Below, piece after piece: positions 12,850 to 26,181 of a stretch of DNA of 64,000 bases; position 1 is the stretch's first letter; every line of letters begins with the position of its first letter. The stretch is from Macrostomum lignano (Eukaryota), in the NCBI GenBank assembly GCA_002269645.1, contig NIVC01000297.1, positions 372,001 to 436,000 on the forward strand, written 5' to 3'. The notes beneath the pieces are model-generated. The model did no database searches, was not told where the DNA came from, and saw only the letters and a program-made list of their open reading frames with translations. The translations under genes were made by a program, and so were the position numbers.

Positions 12850-13577
12850 CAGAGACAGGCATCAGCTATGCTCAGAGACAGACACCAGCTATGCTCAGAG
12901 ACATCAGCTATGCTCAGAGACAGGCATCAGCTATGCTCAGAGACAGACATCAGCTATGCTCAGAGACATCAGCTATGCTCAGAGACAGGCATCAGCTATG
13001 CTCAGAGACAGGCATAAAGCTATGCTCAGAGACAGGCATCAGCTATGCTCAGAGACATCAGCTATGCTCAGAGACAGGCATCAGCAATGCTCAGAGACAG
13101 ACACCAGCTATGCTCAGAGACAGACACCAGCTATGCTCAGAGACAGACACCAGCTATGCTCAGAGACAGGCATCAGCTATGCTCAGAGACAGACACCAGC
13201 TATGCTCAGAGACATCAGCTATGCTCAGAGACAGGCATCAGCTATGCTCAGAGACAGACACCAGCTATGCTCAGAGACATCAGCTATGCTCAGACAGGCA
13301 TCAGCTATGCTCAGACAGGCATCAGCTATGCTCAGACAGACACCAGCTATGCTCAGAGACATCAGCTATGCTCAGACAGGCATCAGCTATGCTCAGAGAC
13401 AGACACCAGCTATGCTCAGAGACATCAGCTATGCTCAGACAGGCATCAGCTATGCTCAGAGACAGACACCAGCTATGCTCAGAGACATCAGCTATGCTCA
13501 GAGACATCAGCTATGCTCAGACAGGCATCAGCTATGCTCAGAGACAGACACCAGCTATGCTCAGAGACATCAGCTAC
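12850..13577. repeat. 19-23-bp compound minisatellite
   Basis: cagctatgctcagagacag(gcat/acac) variants. Confidence 0.95.
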
Positions 13578-14059
13578 ATTTTTCTTGTCTGCCAACGCAG
13601 CTCCTCATAGTTTCTTGAGCGAGTAGGTTTTCCGTCTTAGTTTAAGTCCTGCGTTTTTCAAATGCTTGTTCATCAAAATCACTACGGATCAGAAAGACAG
13701 GAATGACGGCCTTTCAACCAGGACTGCTTTTATTCCTCGCGTGTGGAACTATACCGACTAAAAATATCAATCTTTGATCCCTTCGGGAAATATTACTTCG
13801 CGCTAATCTCTTCGGTCTCTCAATTCGAAAGCATTGCAATAGCTTCATAATAATCCTTTTATATCCTTGAGCCATTCTGAAATCACGCGCTCGAAGGACA
13901 AAGGAAAATATTGAATAAAGATGAAAAAATAAAACGACTGATGCTGCAGGAAGAATTCAATTATTTCACTCGAGATGACTGTATGTACTTTTGCCATGAC
14001 TGAGTTGATTAATTTCAATTCCTTAACTAGCTTTCGAGCGTAAACAGATATTGTACAGA

Positions 14060-15866
14060 CTCCATAGTGACTGAGTGCTCAGCTGAGTGCTCAACCCTAT
14101 AGTGAATGAGTGTTCAGCTGAGTGCTCAACCCTATAGTGAATGAGTGCTCAACCCTATAGTGACTGAGTGCTCAGCTGAGTGCTCAACCCTATAGTGAAT
14201 GAGTGCTCAGCTGAGTGCTCAACCCTATAGTGAATGAGTGCTCAACCCTATAGTGACTGAGTGCTCAGCTGAGTGCTCAACCCTATAGTGACTGAGTGCT
14301 CAGCTGAGTGCTCAACCCTATAGTGACTGAGTGCTCAGCTGTGTGCTCAACCCTATAGTGAATGAGTGCTCAGCTGAGTGCTCAACCCTATAGTGAATGA
14401 GTGCTGAGCTGTGTGCTCACTCCATAGTGACTGAGTGCTCAGTTGTGTGCTCAACCCTATAGTGACTGAGTGCTCAGCTGTGTGCTCAACCCTATAGTGA
14501 CTGAGTGCTCAGCTGAGTGCTCAACCCTATAGTGACTGAGTGCTCAGCTGAGTGCTCAACCCTATAGTGAATGAGTGCTCAACCCTATAGTGACTGAGTG
14601 CTCAGCTGAGTGCTCAACCCTATAGTGACTGAGTGCTCAGCTGAGTGCTCAACCCTATAGTGACTGAGTGCTCAGCTGTGTGCTCAACCCTATAGTGAAT
14701 GAGTGCTCAGCTGAGTGCTCAACCCTATAGTGAATGAGTGCTGAGCTGTGTGCTCACTCCATAGTGACTGAGTGCTCAGTTGTGTGCTCAACCCTATAGT
14801 GACTGAGTGCTCAGCTGTGTGCTCAACCCTATAGTGACTGAGTGCTCAGCTGAGTGCTCAACCCTATAGTGACTGAGTGCTCAGCTGAGTGCTCAACCCT
14901 ATAGTGACTGAGTGCTCAGCTGTGTGCTCACTCCATAGTGACTGAGTGCTCAGCTGTGTGCTCACTCCATAGTGACTGAGTGCTCAGTTGTGTGCTCAAC
15001 CCTATAGTGACTGAGTGCTCAGCTGTGTGCTCACTCCATAGTGACTGAGTGCTCAGTTGTGTGCTCAACCCTATAGTGACTGAGTGCTCAGCTGTGTGCT
15101 CACTCCATAGTGACTGAGTGCTCAGCTGTGTGCTCACTCCATAGTGACTGAGTGCTCAGTTGTGTGCTCAACCCTATAGTGACTGAGTGCTCAGCTGTGT
15201 GCTCAACCCTATAGTGACTGAGTGCTCAGCTGTGTGCTCACTCCATAGTGACTGAGTGCTCAACTGTGTGCTCACTCCATAGTGACTGAGTGCTCCGCTG
15301 TGTGCTCAACCCTATAGTGACTGAGTGCTCAGCTGTGTGCTCAACACTATAGTGACCGAGTGCTCAACTGTGTGCTCAACCCTATAGTGACCGAGCGCTC
15401 AACTGTGTGCTCAACCCTATAGTGACCGAGTGCTCAACTGTGTGCTCAACCCTATAGTGACCGAGTGCTCAACTGTGTGCTCAACCCTATAGTGACCGAG
15501 TGCTCAACTGTGTGCTCAACCCTATAGTGACCGAGTGCTCAACTGTGTTCTCAACCCTATAGTGACCGAGTGCTCAACTGTGTGCTCAACCCTATAGTGA
15601 CCGAGTGCTCAGCTGTGTGCTCAACCCTATAGTGACCGAGTGCTCAACTGTGTTCTCAACCCTATAGTGACCGAGTGCTCAGCTGTGTGCTCAACCCTAT
15701 AGTGACCGAGTGCTCAGCTGTGTGCTCAACCCTATAGTGACCGAGTGCTCAACTGTGTGCTCAACCCTATAGTGACCGAGCGCTCAACTGTGTGCTCAAC
15801 CTTATAGTGACCGAGCGCTCAACTGTGTGCTCAACCCTATAATGACCGAGTGCTCAACTGTGTGCT
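14060..15866. repeat. 35-bp minisatellite
   Basis: (agtgactgagtgctcagctgtgtgctcaaccctat)n. Confidence 0.97.
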
Positions 15867-16608
15867 CATACATTTACTAAAGCAGTTTATGATGCATGTA
15901 TGTAAGTCATTATAGGACGCAAAGAAAGTCGTGAAACCAGCGGTACATGCATTTATTGACGCTAGTCCTTGAACCCGGTCGGACGATTCAACCAATAGAA
16001 ACACAATGAGCGTGTATATTTCAAAATAGTCGAAAAAATAATTACAATATTTAGCAATTTTAAGTAAGCGAGATCCAGAGAGCGGGCAAGCGGCTCTAGG
16101 CTTCATTATAAATAAGCCACACATGCAAAGCGGGAGGAAGAGGCAGGCTCAGAGCCACCTCCAGCGGCACCAACCCCCCCCCAGCAGCCAATCACAGTGC
16201 AGAGCCCGAGAATCAGATGGCAAGACAATTAATCGAACGCATGGGCGAGTAAGGAGAGTCAGGCAAGTAGGAGACGAGACGCATGGGCGCAACTTTCAGC
16301 AAGCGGTAAAATTGAATGTAAAATTGAATATTCTGGTTTGTGTTTTTTTAAAAACATGGAATGATTTTGTTTAATCGCATTGCGAATAAGCACAGAAAAA
16401 AAGGAAGGATAGAAAGACAGACGGACAGACACTAAGGCACGAGACAGACTGAGACAGACATACAGACAGACAGACAGACAGACAGAAAGACAGACAGACA
16501 GACAGACAGACAAATAGACAGACAGACACTAAGGCACTAAGACAGACAGACAGAGATAGGAGACAGATGCATGTTCATCAATTATCAGCCTAAAAAAGGC
16601 TATCCCCA

Positions 16609-17115
16609 TCAAACAGTAGTAGTTTTCCAACGCCTCTTGCAAGCCTGACAACTCGCATAGCGCCGTCTTCTCGAAAAGGCGGGGCTAGTAAGTACAATGT
16701 AGAAAACCGCAAGGCCAGTGAAGCAGCCTAAAACGCATGTAGCAATTTTATATGGTCGAATGGCCTCGCTACAGTCATTCTGGACAGCGCCTGCGCTAGG
16801 GTTGGCTGTAGACGCAGCCACACTACTAGCAGGGGCAGTAGTAGCTGCGGACTCGACAGCCGCTTTAGATTGTTCCCAGAAATCTGCGCAAGAGGACTTA
16901 ATCAGCGGCCTGTCGCACCTGGCTGCCCAGGCTTTGCCAAAGTCGCCGCGGCAGTGGGATAAACTTGGACAGTCCTTGCAATTGCTGGCTCCCTCGCTGT
17001 CGCGATACTGGCCAAGGGGACAGGCAGGCAGGGGAACCGCCAGCATGGGCGGCACCAGCGCCAATGTTATTAAAAGTGCCAACTGCAGCTGCATGAAGGT
17101 TGGTGTGACATGCAT
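16609..17115 (-). CDS. R1: TNFR-like single-CRD type-I membrane protein
   Basis: Signal-like LALLITLALVPPMLA; CPLGQY-x8-CKDCPSLSHC-x11-C-x8-C; S/T/A stalk; TM; RRRR stop-transfer. Confidence 0.75.
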   Translation of the reverse strand: MHVTPTFMQLQLALLITLALVPPMLAVPLPACPLGQYRDSEGASNCKDCPSLSHCRGDFGKAWAARCDRPLIKSSCADFWEQSKAAVESAATTAPASSVAASTANPSAGAVQNDCSEAIRPYKIATCVLGCFTGLAVFYIVLTSPAFSRRRRYASCQACKRRWKTTTV

Positions 17116-17139
17116 TTGATGCAGACTGTCTATGAATGC

Positions 17140-17232
17140 TTTTTTCCTGTGTCTGTTTGTCATAGTTTCCGCATTAGTATCTGCCAGTCTGTCTGCCCAC
17201 CTGCCTTGTGTGTGCCTGTCTGTCTGTCTTTG

Positions 17233-17281
<49 letters not shown>

Positions 17282-17306
17282 TTGTGTCTGTCTGTCTGTC
17301 TGTCTT

Positions 17307-17372
<66 letters not shown>

Positions 17373-17412
17373 GGTCTGTCTGTTTGTTTGTGTGTCCGTC
17401 TGTCTGTCTTTG

Positions 17413-17465
<53 letters not shown>

Positions 17466-17640
17466 TTGTGTCTGTTTGTCTGTCTGTCTTTGTGTCCGTC
17501 TGTCTGTCTGCCTGCCTGCCTGCCTGTCTGTCTGCCTGCCTGCCTGCCTGCCTGCCTGTCTGTCTGTCTGTCTGTCTGTCTTTGTGTCTGTTTGTCTGTC
17601 TGTCTGTCTTTGTGTCTGTCTGTCTGTCTGTCTGTCTTTG

Positions 17641-17699
<59 letters not shown>

Positions 17700-17816
17700 G
17701 AATGCTTGTTTCCAGTGTCTCTGTCAGTCAGTCAGTCAGTCAGTCAGTCAGGCAGTCAGTCAGTCAGTCAGTCAGTCAGTCAGTCAGTCAGTCAGTCAGT
17801 CAGTCAGTCAGTCAGG

Positions 17817-17855
<39 letters not shown>

Positions 17856-18135
17856 GCAGTCAGTCAGTCAGTCAGTCAGTCAGTCAGTCAGTCAGTCAGT
17901 CAGTCAGTCAGTCAGTCAGTCAGTCAGTCAGTCAGTCAGTCAGTCAGGCAGTCAGTCAGTCAGTCAGTCAGTCAGTCAGTCAGTCAGTCAGTCAGTCAGT
18001 CAGTCAGTCAGTCAGTCAGTCAGTCAGTCAGTCAGTCAGTCAGTCAGTCAGTGTCTACCTGTCTGTATGTCTGCCTGTCTGTCTGTTTGTCGGTGACTGT
18101 CTGTCTGTCTCTGTCTGACTGTGTGTCCGTCTGTC
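17140..18135. repeat. Compound microsatellite: (TCTG)n then (TCAG)n
   Basis: Direct reading; upstream of R1. Confidence 0.97.
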
Positions 18136-18982
18136 TACTTGGTTGGCCATCTCCTATCACATAATATTTCAAAGAATACTTAGAATTTACCTTCTATAAG
18201 CATAGAAAAATAAATAACAAAAAAATATTAATTTGTCATCAGAGAAGTTTTATTTCAACGATTACGACTTGTCACAGACATCTTGTTCGAGAATATAAAT
18301 AATCAAATAAAGTAAAAATGTCAGGAAGAATTTTGACATTCAGGTTTTTCTGCAATTATCAGTTGAAATTACGGAATCACATGCTGCGTGTAAGTCGCAG
18401 ATAAACTTTGTGAAATTTGACAACGGTAAAATTCCAAATGGCAAGGAATTACATGTAAAATTAAATTAATTAATAAATTTAGCTATACTACTGCATTGAA
18501 TAACTATATCACCAAAAATGGTAGAGAGGCACTTGCTTTAGAAAGACCGAAAGGAGAATCCTAAAAATATAGGAGCCAGCCACTCATTTTGGCGCCGCAG
18601 CCAGGCTCTCATTTTGGCGCCGCAGCCAGGCGCTCATTTTGGCGCCGCAGGCACTCTATTTTGGTGCCCTGAAGTAAAATTATTGATTTCGATAACAGTT
18701 CAAAAAGTGGGACTGCCCATTCCGCTGACTCCTAAGCACACACAACCGCGCCAATATAGCTATGCCCCTAAGCGAGAACGTTACATAATCAAAAAATAAA
18801 TTATAATACAATTATCATTATCAAATTGTCAGTAGCTGTTTAAGTCGAGCAGAATCGGTGATCAGAAGCAATCCACGATAAACTGACCAGGCCAATCCGA
18901 TCCATATATTGATTTTCAATTCGTTTTATGGCGCTGAAATTTTATTCAGGGTGGGTGGGCAACGCTGTTCTGCAGTGAGACT

Positions 18983-19828
18983 CACACCCTATGGTTAACC
19001 ATAATAAGAGATGCCACACCCTGTGATTAACCACAATAGGAGATGCCACACCCTATGATTAACCACAATAGGAGATGCCACACCCTATGATTAACCATAA
19101 TAGGAGATCCCACACCCTGTGATTAACCACAATAGGAGATGCCACACCCTATGATTAACCACAATAAGAGATGCCACACCCTATGATTAACCATAATAGG
19201 AGATCCCACACCCTATGATTAACCACAATAGGAGATGCCACACCCTATGATTAACCATAATAGGAGATGCCACACCCTATGATTAACCATAATAGGAGAT
19301 GCCACACCCTATGATTAACCACAATAGGAGATGCCACACCCTATGATTAACCACAATAGGAGATGCCACACCCTATGATATTAACCACAATAGGAGATGC
19401 CACACCCTATGATTAACCACAATAGGAGATGCCACACCCTATGATTAACCACAATAGGAGATGCCACACCCTATGATTAACCACAATAGGAGATGCCACA
19501 CCCTATGATATTAACCACAATAGGAGATGCCACACCCTATGATTAACCACAATAGGAGATGCCACACCCTATGATTAACCACAATAGGAGATGCCACACC
19601 CTATGATATTAACCACAATAGGAGATGCCACACCCTATGATTAACCACAATAGGAGATGCCACACCCTATGATTAACCACAATAGGAGATGCCACACCCT
19701 ATGATTAACCACAATAGGAGATGCCACACCCTATGATTAACCACAATAGGAGATGCCACACCCTATGATTAACCACAATAGGAGATGCCACACCCTATGA
19801 TGAACCATAAAAGGAGATCCCACACCTG
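18983..19828. repeat. 32-bp minisatellite
   Basis: (gattaaccacaataggagatgccacaccctat)n. Confidence 0.97.
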
Positions 19829-19920
19829 GAGGCATACCTAAAAATCTGAGAATTTCACTGAAGAAACGTTTTCAACCACATGTATAAGACTTTCAAGGCA
19901 GTTTTAACCCAATACAAATA

Positions 19921-20496
19921 TCAACCGACCTTGCCTCGCTTACGATGACGAGCGCCACCATTTTTACCAGAATTTGGTGTCTGCCGCATAAGCAGCCCAT
20001 TCTTGTCGTCATGTCTGCCATTTTCAAAATTTCTCGTAGTTTTCGGTCTGTTCTTCATTCTATTGCAACCAAATTTATAAATTTTATGCACTGAAACCAG
20101 TAACCCAATGAGGGCAAACGGCGCAAGAATGGCTATGCCAATCTGACATTGCAGAACATGTTCGCAGTTACAATCATATGTAGCACTTGTGTTCATATCA
20201 GAGACACTGTTGAAATTATAAGACGATGAAGTTGTCTCAGCATCTCGAGTTTTCTCCCAGTATTCCTGACAGCCAGATTTAATAATCTCTTGCTCACAAT
20301 GAGCTCGCCAAAATTTATCTGTGCCGATGCACTGCTGCCAAGTTGGGCACTTATCGCATTTACCAGTCGCCTCTTTGTTATGATAGGTGCCCATTGGGCA
20401 GTTGATTGACGGCAGCGCGGCCGTGAGACATACCACTCCTGTCAACACTATAAATGACTGGATAATTTTAATCGACGACATCAGAAATTTTAGCAT
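19921..20496 (-). CDS. R2: TNFR-like single-CRD type-I membrane protein
   Basis: Signal-like N-terminus; CPMGTY..CDKCPTWQQC..FWRAHC-x8-C; TM IGIAILAPFALIGLLVSV; basic tail. Confidence 0.75.
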   Translation of the reverse strand: MLKFLMSSIKIIQSFIVLTGVVCLTAALPSINCPMGTYHNKEATGKCDKCPTWQQCIGTDKFWRAHCEQEIIKSGCQEYWEKTRDAETTSSSYNFNSVSDMNTSATYDCNCEHVLQCQIGIAILAPFALIGLLVSVHKIYKFGCNRMKNRPKTTRNFENGRHDDKNGLLMRQTPNSGKNGGARHRKRGKVG

Positions 20497-20527
20497 GATT
20501 AGTAAAAGTAACTGAAAATTATGAGGG

Positions 20528-22388
20528 TATAGATTAGCAATTCATTATATTCTGTTTTGTAACTAAAGGAATAGATTAGCAATTCATTATATTCTGTTTT
20601 GTAACTAAAGGAATAGATTAGCAATTCATTATATTCTGTTTTGTAACTAAAGGAATAGATTAGCAATTTATTCTATTCTGTTTTGTAACTAAAGGAATAG
20701 ATTAGCAATTTATTCTATTCTGTTTTGTAACTAAAGGAATAGATTAGCAATTCATTATATTCTGTTTTGTAACTAAAGGAATAGATTAGCAATTTATTCT
20801 ATTCTGTTTTGTAACTAAAGGAATAGATTAGCAATTCATTATATTCTGTTTTGTAACTAAAGGAATAGATTAGCAATTCATTATATTCTGTTTTGTAACT
20901 AAAGGAATAGATTAGCAATTCATTATATTCTGTTTTGTAACTAAAGGAATAGATTAGCAATTTATTCTATTCTGTTTTGTAACTAAAGGAATAGATTAGC
21001 AATTTATTCTATTCTGTTTTGTAACTAAAGGAATAGATTAGCAATTCATTATATTCTGTTTTGTAACTAAAGGAATAGATTAGCAATTTATTCTATTCTG
21101 TTTTGTAACTAAAGGAATAGATTAGCAATTCATTATATTCTGTTTTGTAACTAAAGGAATAGATTAGCAATTTATTCTATTCTGTTTTGTAACTAAAGGA
21201 ATAGATTAGCAATTCATTATATTCTGTTTTGTAACTAAAGGAATAGATTAGCAATTTATTCTATTCTGTTTTGTAACTAAAGGAATAGATTAGCAATTTA
21301 TTCTATTCTGTTTTGTAACTAAAGGAATAGATTAGCAATTCATTATATTCTGTTTTGTAACTAAAGGAATAGATTAGCAATTCATTATATTCTGTTTTGT
21401 AACTAAAGGAATAGATTAGCAATTCATTATATTCTGTTTTGTAACTAAAGGAATAGATTAGCAATTTATTCTATTCTGTTTTGTAACTAAAGGAATAGAT
21501 TAGCAATTCATTATATTCTGTTTTGTAACTAAAGGAATAGATTAGCAATTCATTATATTCTGTTTTGTAACTAAAGGAATAGATTAGCAATTTATTCTAT
21601 TCTGTTTTGTAACTAAAGGAATAGATTAGCAATTTATTCTATTCTGTTTTGTAACTAAAGGAATAGATTAGCAATTCATTCTATTCTGTTTTGTAACTAA
21701 AGGAATAGATTAGCAATTCATTCTATTCTGTTTTGTGTCGAAGGGAATAGATTAGCAATTCATTCTATTCTGTTTTGTATCTAAGGGAATAGATTAGCAA
21801 TTTATTCTATTCTGTTTTGTAACTAAAGGAATAGATTAGCAATTTATTCTATTCTGTTTTGTAACTAAAGGAATAGATTAGCAATTTATTCTATTCTGTT
21901 TTGTAACTAAAGGAATAGATTAGCAATTTATTCTATTCTGTTTTGTAACTAAAGGAATAGATTAGCAATTCATTCTATTCTGTTTTGTAACTAAAGGAAT
22001 AGATTAGCAATTTATTCTATTCTGTTTTGTAACTAAAGGAATAGATTAGCAATTCATTCTATTCTGTTTTGTAACTAAAGGAATAGATTAGCAATTCATT
22101 CTATTCTGTTTTGTAACTAAAGGAATAGATTAGCAATTTATTCTATTCTGTTTTGTGTCGAAGGGAATAGATTAGCAATTCATTCTATTCTGTTTTGTAT
22201 CTAAGGGAATAGATTAGCAATTCATTCTATTCTGTTTTGTAACTAAAGGAATAGATTAGCAATTCATTCTATTCTGTTTTGTGTCGAAGGGAATAGATTA
22301 GCAATTCATTCTATTCTGTTTTGTATCTAAGGGAATAGATTAGCAATTCATTCTATTCTGTTTTGTGTTTAAGGGAATAGACTAGCAA
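20528..22388. repeat. 42-bp minisatellite directly upstream of R2
   Basis: (taactaaaggaatagattagcaattcattatattctgttttg)n. Confidence 0.97.
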
Positions 22389-23185
22389 TCCACTTTATGA
22401 AAACGTTTTTTTATTATTGCTAAATGTGATAAAAGCGCTATCTTTCTAATCGTAATATCAAAAACAAGTCGGAATTTATCAAGAGTTGTAAAGCTTAGTT
22501 ATTTAAAACAAACACACAATTGCAAAAAAGGCTAAAATGAGTAATTATGTGTAGAACACAGTTTTGTAAGAAAGACAGCTGTCTACCTTTAGCTGGATAA
22601 CACAAATTGTTGATGTGCAAGCAATATAGAAACAAGGACTAGCTACTCAAGTAACATGTATATATATATATAAGGTTGTCCTTGGTATTGAAAGCTACTA
22701 AAAAATACTAAAAAATAAATATAAGATTAAATGAACGCAAAAATGCCTCATGGAATGCATTGTGTATACGAATATGTTGGTTCCAATGAGTCAAAAACAA
22801 TCAGAGAAACAACAATGCTATATAGTAGTCACGCATAAAAACATCCGTGAAAAATAATGACAGAAATTCTACAATTAAAAAATTTTTCCTTTACTAGCAG
22901 TGACAAAAATATCAGAAAAATTCAAGCAATAATAATAACTAAAATAGCCATAGTACTAGTAGTGAAACTAGCGGAAAATTGCAAGCACGGAATCTATAAT
23001 TGCAAAAAACAATTATAAATATATACTAGGATACACAAGTTAAATAATGAGTATTAAGTTGCGTTAATATTAAGCAATTGATAAACTGTTTGGCAGTCGC
23101 AATCAAAGTCAGTTAGATGGAGATTAATCCCCATCATTATAGACAGCATCTTCGGCATCTGTGGGTCCAGTCGGGTTGTCATCCG

Positions 23186-23647
23186 TCAGCAGCTGGATAC
23201 AGAGTTTTCACCTCTAATAACACAGGCTACCACGACAATAACGATCAAGCAGACCAATAAAATGACGAATAAAATCCAGACAATTGGCCAAGGATCTACT
23301 TTGCCAGCCGCACCTTCATTTGATCGTTTAGTGGTAGCATTGAATGCGTTAGAACAATTGCTCACAGCAACGCCACTGGTGTCAGAGCCGTTACCTGGCA
23401 CATTCTCAGCGGGATTAGGCGGCTGATTATTATTTTCCCAAAATTGCGAGCAAGCCAATTTAATCGACTGCCACTCGCACCTGGCTGCCCAGGCTTCGTC
23501 AGAGCGGCACTGTGAAAGGCTCGGACAGAGCCGGCAATCGTTGGCTCCAGGGTGGCGATATTTGCCAGGCGGACAGGCAGGCAGGGGATCTGCCGGCATG
23601 GGCAGCACCAGAATAAATATAGCGAGCAACCGAATTGCCTTTAGCAT
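23186..23647 (-). CDS. R3: TNFR-like membrane protein; tail cut short by an apparent 1-nt deletion
   Basis: MLKAIRLLAIFILVLP signal; CPPGKY..CRLCPSLSQC..WAARC-x8-C; TM DPWPIVWILFVILLVCLIVIVVVAC. Confidence 0.7.
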   Translation of the reverse strand: MLKAIRLLAIFILVLPMPADPLPACPPGKYRHPGANDCRLCPSLSQCRSDEAWAARCEWQSIKLACSQFWENNNQPPNPAENVPGNGSDTSGVAVSNCSNAFNATTKRSNEGAAGKVDPWPIVWILFVILLVCLIVIVVVACVIRGENSVSSC

Positions 23648-23687
23648 CTGAAATTTGATGGAGTATGTCTATGAATGCTTGTTTCAT

Positions 23688-24318
23688 GTGTCTGTCTGTC
23701 TGTCTGTGTTTCTGTCTGTCTGTCTGTCTGTGTGTCTGTCTGTGTTTCTGTTTGTCTGTCTGTGTTTCTGTTTGTCTGTCTGTGTTTCTGTTTGTCTGTA
23801 TGTCTGTCTGTGTTTCTGTTTGTCTGTCTGTCTGTCTGTGTTTCTGTTTGTCTGTATGTCTGTCTGTGTTTCTGTTTGTCTGTATGTCTGTCTGTGTTTC
23901 TGTTTGTCTGTATGTCTGTCTGTGTTTCTGTTTGTCTGTCTCTGTTTCTGTTTGTCTGTATGTCTGTCTGTGTTTCTGTTTGTCTGTCTGTGTTTCTGTT
24001 TGTCTGTATGTCTGTCTGTGTTTCTGTTTGTCTGTCTGTGTTTCTGTTTGTCTGTCTGTGTTTCTGTTTGTCTGTATGTCTGTCTGTGTTTCTGTTTGTC
24101 TGTCTGTGTTTCTGTTTGTCTGTCTGTCTGTGTGTCTGTTTGTCTGTCTGTCTGTCTGACTGTCTGTCTGTCTGTCTGCCTACCTGTCTCTCTGTCTGTC
24201 TGTCTGTCTGTCTGTCTGTGCGTCTGTGTGTGTGTGTGTGTGTCTGTCTGTCTGTCTGTCTGTGCGTCTGTGTGTGTGTGTCTGTCTGTCTGTCTGTCTG
24301 TGCGTCTGTGTGTGTGTG

Positions 24319-24353
<35 letters not shown>

Positions 24354-24368
24354 GCGTCTGTGTGTGTG

Positions 24369-24421
<53 letters not shown>

Positions 24422-24458
24422 GCCTGTCTGTCTGTCTGACTGTCTGTCTGTCTATCTA

Positions 24459-24489
<31 letters not shown>

Positions 24490-24496
24490 GTCTGCC

Positions 24497-24545
<49 letters not shown>

Positions 24546-24590
24546 GCCTGTCTGTCTGTCTGTCTGTCTGTCTGTGTCTGTCTGTCGGTC
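23688..24590. repeat. (TCTG)n/(TG)n microsatellite upstream of R3
   Basis: Direct reading. Confidence 0.97.
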
Positions 24591-25293
24591 TGCCCTTCTT
24601 CGCGCACCCTGATAGATATACTTGTTCATTATCACAGAAAACGTACCTATCTAGGAAGTTTATTTAATATTTAAAGTGCTTAACTTAATAATAACACTAT
24701 ATAAAATAGGAACACAATTCGATTAAAACTCATTACCCGATTTCTAAATTTTAAAACTGAATTGTTGCAATAACTAGTCGAATAACTAATCGACTAAGCT
24801 ATTTTATAAGCTTTTTTGTATAGAAAAAAAATTAAAGACACAATAAAACGTGATTCCAAAAAATAAAATGACAAGTACGTGTACTTTAGAATTTTGGAAT
24901 AAATATGATTAACAGCCTTCGATTTTGGTACAAGTGGAGATTTTGAAGTAAAATATTTAGACAATATTTCTTAAAATAAAAACTACTAAAAATTTTTTGT
25001 TAAAAAGATTGTTTTAGCAAGCGTGGCGAATTGTAATGCAAAAATTCTATTTTATTAAACCGGTAAAAACAGATTAGAACAAAAAATATCTATCTACCAA
25101 ATCTATAAGTGTATAAAAGTTGTTATTTCAAAAAGATTGTTAAAAAAATTGTATTGGGACGCCAGAAAATAATTCTGATTTAAGGTCCAAGCCATGCTGT
25201 TGGTACCACAATAGGTTTCTCATGGTTGCAAAGTTATTGAACCAGTCAACAAGTTCTAGCCCTCGACGGGGGTCTTATTCAATAAATTTACAG

Positions 25294-26181
25294 TTACAAC
25301 GCAGTTGTCAGGATGTCTTCCTTAGAATACGGTTGTTCTTTAATCTTAGATGACTCATAGCCGACATTCGTTTGATTATCATCAGACGGCATCAAATTTT
25401 CTAGCTCATGGCTTGGCAACTCACTATTTGAGGATGGAGTTCTCTTACGGTTTCCAGCGGAACGCTGTAGTCTGTTGGTAGACAGATTTGAAGCCTGTTT
25501 CAGTTGCTGTTGAAACTTCTGCTTTTGTTTATTGTTCTTTGACCATTTGTAGAAGAAGGCGAGGAAAGAAATTAGGATGAGCATCAGAAGGATCATTATT
25601 AGTACGCCCAAACCAATTTTTATCTTTTCGTAGACCGGAAAGGAAAAACCAGCAGGCTTATCAGTACAACCAACCGGTCTACCAGCAGAACCAACCGGTC
25701 TACCAGCAGAACCAACCGGTCTACCAGCAGAACCAACCGGTCTACCAGCAGAACCAACCGGTCTACCAGCAGAACCAACCGGTCTACCAGCAGAACCAGC
25801 CGGTCTATTAGTAGAACTAGCCGGTCTATCAGTAGAACCAGCCGGTCTATCAGTAGAACCAGGCATTTCTGTCGTGGATTGGATAGCAGCCTCTTTAGTT
25901 GGTTCAACAGAGGCGTCGCTGGTGCCAGCCATCCGCGGCTGCAGCTCATCCAAGGTGAACTTGCAGTATTCACGAACATGGCTCCGTCTGCACTCATGTC
26001 CTACAGTGGGATTGCTGCGACACCGGTCAAGGCTAGGACAGCGCTTGCAGTCATGGGTGCTCATGTCAGGGTATTCGCCTGGCTGACACTTTGGAGGCCA
26101 ATTACCCATGGTTCTGGCTTCTGGGTTGACGGACAACCATAACAGTACAATCATAGCTAGAGAAAGCAAAATTGCCTTCAT
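25294..26181 (-). CDS. R4: TNFR-like membrane protein with a 7-aa repeat stalk
   Basis: MKAILLSLAMIVLLWLS signal; CQPGEY..CKRCPSLDRC-x9-C-x8-C; (GSAGRPV)n stalk; TM; about 80-aa tail. Confidence 0.8.
   Translation of the reverse strand: MKAILLSLAMIVLLWLSVNPEARTMGNWPPKCQPGEYPDMSTHDCKRCPSLDRCRSNPTVGHECRRSHVREYCKFTLDELQPRMAGTSDASVEPTKEAAIQSTTEMPGSTDRPAGSTDRPASSTNRPAGSAGRPVGSAGRPVGSAGRPVGSAGRPVGSAGRPVGSAGRPVGCTDKPAGFSFPVYEKIKIGLGVLIMILLMLILISFLAFFYKWSKNNKQKQKFQQQLKQASNLSTNRLQRSAGNRKRTPSSNSELPSHELENLMPSDDNQTNVGYESSKIKEQPYSKEDILTTAL

Noticed and set aside
12806-13626. ORFs of 193-270 aa (AMLRDRHQLCSET..)
   Set aside because: Translations of a stop-free minisatellite, open in several frames.
16123-16374. 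Plus-strand GC-rich ORF/exon candidate
   Set aside because: Frame depends on a C homopolymer; no recognisable product or partner exon.
158-22388. Tandem arrays as CRISPR arrays
   Set aside because: Units are contiguous with no unique spacers, no cas genes are present, and the context is eukaryotic and spliced.
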